From an archaeon (GTDB taxonomy: Archaea; Nanobdellota; Nanobdellia; Woesearchaeales; JBDRAZ01): 64,000 bases of DNA. Under the pieces are notes generated by a model. That model was given only the letters and a program-made list of their open reading frames with translations. It was not told the origin of the DNA and did no database searches. This document shows positions 59,348-64,000 of this stretch, piece by piece. The DNA lies in NCBI GenBank assembly GCA_043823195.1, contig JBDRAZ010000102.1, positions 307 to 64,306 of the forward strand. The letters are read 5' to 3'. Each line of letters begins with the position of its first letter. The stretch's first letter is position 1. The position numbers and the translations under genes are program-made.

Positions 59348-60406
59348 CTATCCAATCATTCTTATTATCCCGTTATCTGCATCAAGTTCCACCAGATCAC
59401 CATCCTTCAGCACTTCTGTTGCCAGACCTGTTCCCACAATGCATGGCTTTTTCATCTCTCTTGCAGTTACTGCAGCATGGCATAACACGCCGCCGCTGTC
59501 AGTGATGAAGCCTGCGGCCCTGAGCATCATGGGAAGATAGTCCGGCCTGCTCATGCCCGTTACTAGTATGTCTCCTTTCCGAAAATCAATGCAGGTTCGG
59601 GAATCATGGACAATCCTGACCCTGCCTGTTACCTTTCCCGGAAAGCCTGTCAAGCCCTTAAGGTCCCTGTACATCCGGATTCCAAGAGCTTTGGCTTCAT
59701 CGTAGATGTCAGACCCTGTGAGAACCACAGTCTTTTGATTTTTGCTCAGGAACACTGTGTGATGATGGCGCTTTTTCAGGATGTCTTTGGATGGCAAGGG
59801 CTTTCCCTGCAGATAGTCATGGAATTCATCCCGTATTGCTGATAAAATGAGGTTAGGCGGATATCCTGTCTTTGCACTGTGAATCTCTGCGAGCCTTATC
59901 ATGAACTTATCCAGGCGATCAAGGACAGGCGTTATGTAGACCCGTGTCGCTTCAATCTCCGCAAAATGCTTTTTTGCCAGCGCATCATCAAAATAATCAA
60001 TGGCATTCTTGTTGATGATATGATAGCGGTAGTAATCGAGTAGAAAGGTGTTCATGAGCTTAAGATACTGCTGAAGGGTTATGTCTTTTCCGAAAAGGCT
60101 CTGTTCAAGAGCGAGGAACCGGTCAGTTGCGTCCCTGACCTTGCTGCACATAGCAGGCATGAAAGCCGGATTCCGGGCCAGAACGTTAACTGCCTTTCCG
60201 AACCTCTGCTTTTCAGATGCCCGCCAGAAGGCCTGGCTCTTTTCGCTGCTGCTCCAGAGTATTATCGAATGGTCCTTGCATTGGCCAATTTCATCCAGAA
60301 ACGGCTTTTTTGTGTAGAGGTCTCCCCAGTAAGAAATCGTAAGGATTGACCATGTGCCTGCCCACTGGGCTATCCAGTCGTTGAATCTGAAATCATCAAG
60401 GTCCAT
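59348..60406 (-). CDS. PEP-utilizing-enzyme mobile (swivel) domain protein with unrecognised N-domain
   Basis: The C-terminal ~90 aa read 'GKVTGRVRIV...DILVTGMSRPDYLPMMLRAAGFITDSGGVLCHAAVTAREMKKPCIVG', with the phospho-His position conserved. I see no ATP-grasp or PEP-binding TIM domain. Confidence 0.65.
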   Translation of the reverse strand: MDLDDFRFNDWIAQWAGTWSILTISYWGDLYTKKPFLDEIGQCKDHSIILWSSSEKSQAFWRASEKQRFGKAVNVLARNPAFMPAMCSKVRDATDRFLALEQSLFGKDITLQQYLKLMNTFLLDYYRYHIINKNAIDYFDDALAKKHFAEIEATRVYITPVLDRLDKFMIRLAEIHSAKTGYPPNLILSAIRDEFHDYLQGKPLPSKDILKKRHHHTVFLSKNQKTVVLTGSDIYDEAKALGIRMYRDLKGLTGFPGKVTGRVRIVHDSRTCIDFRKGDILVTGMSRPDYLPMMLRAAGFITDSGGVLCHAAVTAREMKKPCIVGTGLATEVLKDGDLVELDADNGIIRMIG

Positions 60407-60461
60407 GTATGCTGGAGTGCATTCTGGGTATATATGTTTTGCTGAATATCTAAGAAGGAAT

Positions 60462-61241
60462 TCACCTAAACGGCTTTGACATCTGCCAGAACATGTCGAA
60501 ATAGGATGCGAATGTATCTGCTATGTGCTGGTTGACTATCTCGACAGCCATTGCTTTTTTTATATTGTACTCGGGATCGTCCTGGAGGAAGATGCCTACT
60601 ATGTCCTTGTAGACAAGGAACCAGGCAGGAGTCTTCAGTTTTGCCGGCATGTACCTGCAGTCGCATAGGGGATAGCTGTTCCTGTTTACAAGGACGTCCC
60701 GCGGCGTGTCCGTGTACATCAGCATCTTTCCTATAATGCCTTTCTTTGCCCTCTTGATATGGTGCTGCATCCAGTAGAGATGGTATTTTTCGCTCTGGTG
60801 GGCGAATGCGCCGAAGCAGAGATATTCATCGCCCTTTTGCAGCTTAGCCTCATGGTGCTCAAATGCGGTCTTTACACCGTTGAAGCCTTCGTAGACACGC
60901 ACCTCTGTTGAAGGCGCGGTCTTCCTGAGCAGCTTTAATCTCGGAAGCACCTCCTTGATCCTATTGCTGCTCTCCTCAAGCCGGGCTTGCCGCTGTCCTA
61001 GATATTCGAGAATCTTCTCCGGGTCAGCGGCCTCGTAGTAGTTGGTCTTTTCCTTTGTTATATAGGAGACAAGCCCTTTGTCGATCAGGTTTTGGAGTAT
61101 AGTATAGATGAATGAGCGTGCAACCTTTGATTTCTCTATAAGCGGGCCCGTTGTAGACGAGCCAAGCTCAAGGAGCGTGAGGTAGACCTTGGCTTCTCCA
61201 TCTGTCAGCCCAGCTTCCTTTACGAGTTCTGCCTCAAACAT
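60462..61241 (-). CDS. TrmB-family transcriptional regulator (paralog of 9782..10528)
   Basis: 'LTDGEAKVYLTLLELGSSTTGPLIEKSKVARSFIYTILQNLIDKGLVSY'. The start is set at ATG 61241 (MFEAEL...). The listed 55-aa N-terminal extension overlaps the divergent gene and the TATA-like box ATAATATTTATAT. Confidence 0.75.
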   Translation of the reverse strand: MFEAELVKEAGLTDGEAKVYLTLLELGSSTTGPLIEKSKVARSFIYTILQNLIDKGLVSYITKEKTNYYEAADPEKILEYLGQRQARLEESSNRIKEVLPRLKLLRKTAPSTEVRVYEGFNGVKTAFEHHEAKLQKGDEYLCFGAFAHQSEKYHLYWMQHHIKRAKKGIIGKMLMYTDTPRDVLVNRNSYPLCDCRYMPAKLKTPAWFLVYKDIVGIFLQDDPEYNIKKAMAVEIVNQHIADTFASYFDMFWQMSKPFR

Positions 61242-61300
61242 ACCTACCAGCACAGGTGGGATAATATTTATATCTTTAGTGCCACTCGCAAGTAAATACA

Positions 61301-61867
61301 ATGAAAAAACTATTAACATATGCAACTGCATTAATCGGGCTTGCCACCCCGGCTGCCGCATCAGTGGAACTGGTTGCGGGACACAGGCAGACCACAGCTG
61401 ACGCAAAGGTGTTCAGCGAACTGACAGACAGGACAAGCTTCTTTTTCAGGAACCGGATCTGGGAGACGCACGGCGACAAGGCCGGCATGTTCAGCCTGAT
61501 GGACCTGAGCTATTGGTTCACAGATGATGCAAACTTATTTGCTGAACCGGTGTACAACCCAGGCGAGGAGATGAACCTGCGGCTCGGCGGTTTTGCCAAG
61601 AAAGGTGACTTGTCAACATCTGTTGTTTACGGGATTCGTGATGAAGCTGTTGAGTTCTGGGCTTATCTTGACCAGGAACAAGATGGTATCGAACGAAAAC
61701 TTGAACTGATCTCCAATTGGGGAGATGAGCATAACTTCAGCCATGCAAGGTTCAGGAAGGGCGTTGTAAAGGATGGGCATTCCCGCGGTGTGTCGATCGA
61801 CGTATCGCTCTCGGGACCTTCCTTTGACCTGTCGTATAATATAGGCTTCTATGTCACGATAAAATGA
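61301..61867 (+). CDS. Secreted beta-rich hypothetical protein (paralog of 10633..11217)
   Basis: Signal 'MKKLLTYATALIGLATPAAAS'. Divergent from a TrmB gene, exactly as at 10.5 kb. Confidence 0.6.
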   Translation: MKKLLTYATALIGLATPAAASVELVAGHRQTTADAKVFSELTDRTSFFFRNRIWETHGDKAGMFSLMDLSYWFTDDANLFAEPVYNPGEEMNLRLGGFAKKGDLSTSVVYGIRDEAVEFWAYLDQEQDGIERKLELISNWGDEHNFSHARFRKGVVKDGHSRGVSIDVSLSGPSFDLSYNIGFYVTIK

Positions 61868-62550
61868 GCATCTTAACAAAGGACTATGACCTGTCGCTGC
61901 ATGCATTTCCGCATTACATGGAACTGCAGAGGCAGGTTGCGCATCAAGCGAAATCTGCTCTTGAGGGTATAACTGAGCCACTGATCCTGGAACTAGGATG
62001 CGGAACAGGGATTACGACAAGGACGCTTCTAGAGAATATTCCTGATGCAAAGATCATTGCTGTTGATAAGAAGCCTAAAATGCTTGACCAGGCAATGACC
62101 AATCTGAAAGATTACGATAATATTGAATTTGCGCTGGCTGATGCAATGGATGTCGGTGGAATAAGACCGCATGCGGTTGTAACTGCACTTATGATGCACA
62201 ACCTGCATCACAAAGCCAGGGAACAGCTTCTGAGAAACATATATGATATGCAGCCGTATCTGTTTGTCAACGGGGACAAGATGGCAAGCGATGATTTCCG
62301 TACGCACAGAAGGGATTATGAGTGGGTAATGGATATGTTTGGAGTGTATGATAGATTGGGAAGGTCAGATTTCAAGCAGGAATATATCCGGCATTATGAG
62401 CGTGACAACAGGCCCGACTTCATACAGCGCGAAGGCGAGACATTGGAACTTATGGCCGAGATCGGATTTATACGCCCCCACACGGTATACCGGGAACGTA
62501 TGGAGGCAGTTGTTGTCGGACTTTCGCCTGCCAATCACAAAAAACAATGA
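61864..62550 (+). CDS. Class I SAM-dependent methyltransferase
   Basis: Motif I 'ILELGCGTGITTRTLLE' and 'IIAVDKKPKML'. ATGA overlap with the upstream gene. Confidence 0.8.
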   Translation: MSILTKDYDLSLHAFPHYMELQRQVAHQAKSALEGITEPLILELGCGTGITTRTLLENIPDAKIIAVDKKPKMLDQAMTNLKDYDNIEFALADAMDVGGIRPHAVVTALMMHNLHHKAREQLLRNIYDMQPYLFVNGDKMASDDFRTHRRDYEWVMDMFGVYDRLGRSDFKQEYIRHYERDNRPDFIQREGETLELMAEIGFIRPHTVYRERMEAVVVGLSPANHKKQ

Positions 62551-62552
62551 CC

Positions 62553-62925
62553 GAAAAGGAAGGTGCCCGGGTCTGCAATTGTAACAATCAACTGCCATGC
62601 CGGCATCAGGTTTAATGCATCCACCAAAGGTTTATCTAGCTGAATATACTAATAACAGGTATGAGGAAAGTCCGGCCATACACAAAAGATGGCTGGAGGA
62701 GGGGGCCTAATGCAACTATCAAAGATTAGGAAATGGATTAAAGAATGGAACTGACCAACCCGGGCTAAGGCATCTTAGCCCGCTCACCATTTGCAATGTC
62801 ATTTTTGATTACCCGCAGAGGTAATAGTGCGGCCGGCATGAATCATCTCGACACTTAACTGCCAAAAGGCAGTGTTCATTCCCTCAGCACGGGGGGCAGA
62901 TGTGGCTTATGCCCCTTCTTTCTTA
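62553..62925 (+). ncRNA. rnpB: RNase P RNA candidate (ends approximate)
   Basis: - CR-I-like GAGGAAAGTCCGG at 62663-62675.
- CR-V-like CACG..CAGATGTGGCTTAT ending at 62910 (compare bacterial CACGACAGAACCCGGCTTAT).
- P4 can form: AAG(T)CCG with TGGCTT, leaving a bulged U.
- A 14-nt terminal helix can form: 62553-62566 GAAAAGGAAGGTGC with 62911-62924 GCCCCTTCTTTCTT (2 mismatches, 2 G:U pairs).
- Internal ATGCAAC (around 62710-62716) and CCGCA-GAGGTAATAG-TGCGG (62813-62832).
- A T-run follows. Confidence 0.6.
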
Positions 62926-62942
62926 ATTTTTGCAGGGACTGA

Positions 62943-63539
62943 TTATCCCATCAGTTCCCAGCCGATCATTACAATCACTGGGGTGCTGTCGTCAGTTATC
63001 CTGCCGCGGTTCAGGTCATCAATTACCTTCTGCGTGTAGCCGAGGCTGCAGATGCCACGGGTGTACCATTTTACTGGCCGCTGGCTGCAGGCTGAACAGC
63101 CATTGCTGTAATCCACCCCATCAGAGCCGCAGACCGGGTCGTCATTGCCTGTGCAGATTTCCGGCCTTGGCGCCGGGCAGTAGTATGCAGGAACCGCTGA
63201 CAGCGAATCCAACACGGCGTCATCCTCAATATCCCTGCCCCTCAATTCATCCCAGCGGTTGTCAAGAATTGCCTGAATTACCTTGTTTTCCTGTACCAGG
63301 ACATCCATATAGTGCTCCACGCCACCTTCAAGAGAACTGTATCTGTAGACAAAAATGTAGCAGCTGTCGCACTGGAGCGTATTCTGATCAACCAGATCAA
63401 GCCTTTGGCCGCCGGACCGGTAAGATGATGACTGCAGCACAAACTGCTCTGCCGCGCCAGCTGCATGTTCCGCGGTGTAGGGGGTGCATGCCATAACCAG
63501 CAACAAGGCAGCTGCCCAGAGGTGTTTACTCAGCGCCAT
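62943..63539 (-). CDS. Lipoprotein-type secreted protein with C-terminal Kazal-like domain
   Basis: 'AAALLLVMAC' lipobox-like signal. 'CTGNDDPVCGSDGVDYSNGCSACSQ...GIC' matches the Kazal pattern (C..PVCGsDG.tY.N.C..C). Confidence 0.6.
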   Translation of the reverse strand: MALSKHLWAAALLLVMACTPYTAEHAAGAAEQFVLQSSSYRSGGQRLDLVDQNTLQCDSCYIFVYRYSSLEGGVEHYMDVLVQENKVIQAILDNRWDELRGRDIEDDAVLDSLSAVPAYYCPAPRPEICTGNDDPVCGSDGVDYSNGCSACSQRPVKWYTRGICSLGYTQKVIDDLNRGRITDDSTPVIVMIGWELMG

Positions 63540-64000
63540 TTTTTCAGGAGGACTGTCCGGTGCGGGTACGGGATTTCTATCCCTGCACGGTCAAACCTCA
63601 GCTTGATCGACTCATAGAGGTCACAGCCCAGCTGGAAGGCATCGCCCGGCTTTTCTGCCCAGGCCCAGGCCCTGAGCAACATTGCAGAGTCTGTAATCCC
63701 GATTACGCGCACCTGAACAACCGGTTCATTTGCCTGTTTTTCCTTTTTCGTCCTGTTATCCACTATGAGAGGATGTTTTTCTGCCTCTTCACGCATGATC
63801 TTCTTTGCCTTAGTGAGGTCAGAATCATAGCCTATGCCGAATTCGATGAACTTGCAGATCTTTTCCTCTGCAAGGTCGGAGTTCTCAATGTTCTCATTGC
63901 TGATGGTCGAATTGGGTATGATTATCCTTTTGTTCTCAAAGGTCTTTATCACAGTATGCCTGAGAGTGATATCATTGACTATACCGGAGACAGTTGTTCC
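63530..64000 (-). CDS. MscS-family mechanosensitive channel, C-terminal part (gene continues beyond window end)
   Basis: The frame is open to nt 64000 (GTTVSGIVNDITLRHTVIKTFENKRIIIPNSTI...), matching the MscS beta-domain pattern 'G.V..I.lR.T.i......iiiPNs'. The listed Met is an internal GTG. Confidence 0.75.
   Translation of the reverse strand, partial: GTTVSGIVNDITLRHTVIKTFENKRIIIPNSTISNENIENSDLAEEKICKFIEFGIGYDSDLTKAKKIMREEAEKHPLIVDNRTKKEKQANEPVVQVRVIGITDSAMLLRAWAWAEKPGDAFQLGCDLYESIKLRFDRAGIEIPYPHRTVLLKKWR

Noticed and set aside
60462-61406. The full 314-aa version of the second TrmB ORF (start at 61406).
   Set aside because: The extra 55 N-terminal residues have no counterpart in the paralog at 9782-10528. 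They overlap the divergent gene 61301-61867 and span the TATA-like box. ATG 61241 gives the canonical TrmB N-terminus.

Overview
Archaeal chromosomal segment with about 60 protein genes, one tRNA and one probable RNase P RNA. I saw no rRNA, CRISPR array, transposase or integrase.

Archaeal identity rests on:
- aIF5A with the hypusine-loop motif
- ribosomal proteins L40e and L35Ae
- a stand-alone Bud32 kinase
- archaeal-type GAPDH
- TrmB and Lrp/AsnC regulators
- AbrB-PhoU fusion regulators
- TATA-like AT boxes upstream of starts

The gene content has few biosynthetic genes, many surface or secreted proteins and a bacterial-type murein hydrolase. That fits a small-genome, possibly episymbiotic (DPANN-like) lineage, but this is inference only.

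Layout:
- (i) 1-14.3 kb: surface-glycan locus with 3 SGNH hydrolases, 4 GT4 glycosyltransferases, a GT-C enzyme and a radical-SAM/SPASM protein. An SLT lytic transglycosylase and Lrp/TrmB regulators are embedded in it.
- (ii) 14.4-19.7 kb: housekeeping genes. These are a SpoU/TrmJ-like methyltransferase, a ParB-like protein, tRNA-Pro(CGG) with an apparent T-loop intron, the site-2 protease/L40e/aIF5A operon and an FAD oxidoreductase.
- (iii) 19.9-37.5 kb: 14 co-directional, mostly translationally coupled genes. They encode an Arch_ATPase, a wHTH protein and twelve orphan secreted, bitopic, polytopic or helical cytoplasmic proteins. This is my best candidate for an undescribed envelope-spanning system.
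- (iv) 37.8-59.3 kb: L35Ae and Bud32, then a sugar-phosphate island. It holds two paralogous pairs, each a PFK-like protein plus a 900-990-aa protein with a kinase-like C-terminus. It also holds a ComB-like phosphatase, an FGGY kinase, three AbrB-PhoU paralogs sharing a palindromic operator, and a GAPDH/ribokinase-like/GT/SDR/cupin-PMI/IMPase operon.
- (v) 59.3-64 kb: a PEP-utilizing swivel-domain protein, a second TrmB plus secreted-protein pair, a methyltransferase, the RNase P RNA candidate, a Kazal-domain lipoprotein and a partial MscS channel.

Limits: all family calls come from motifs recognised by eye in the supplied translations. No database search, covariance model or structure prediction was run, so start codons and RNA ends are approximate.
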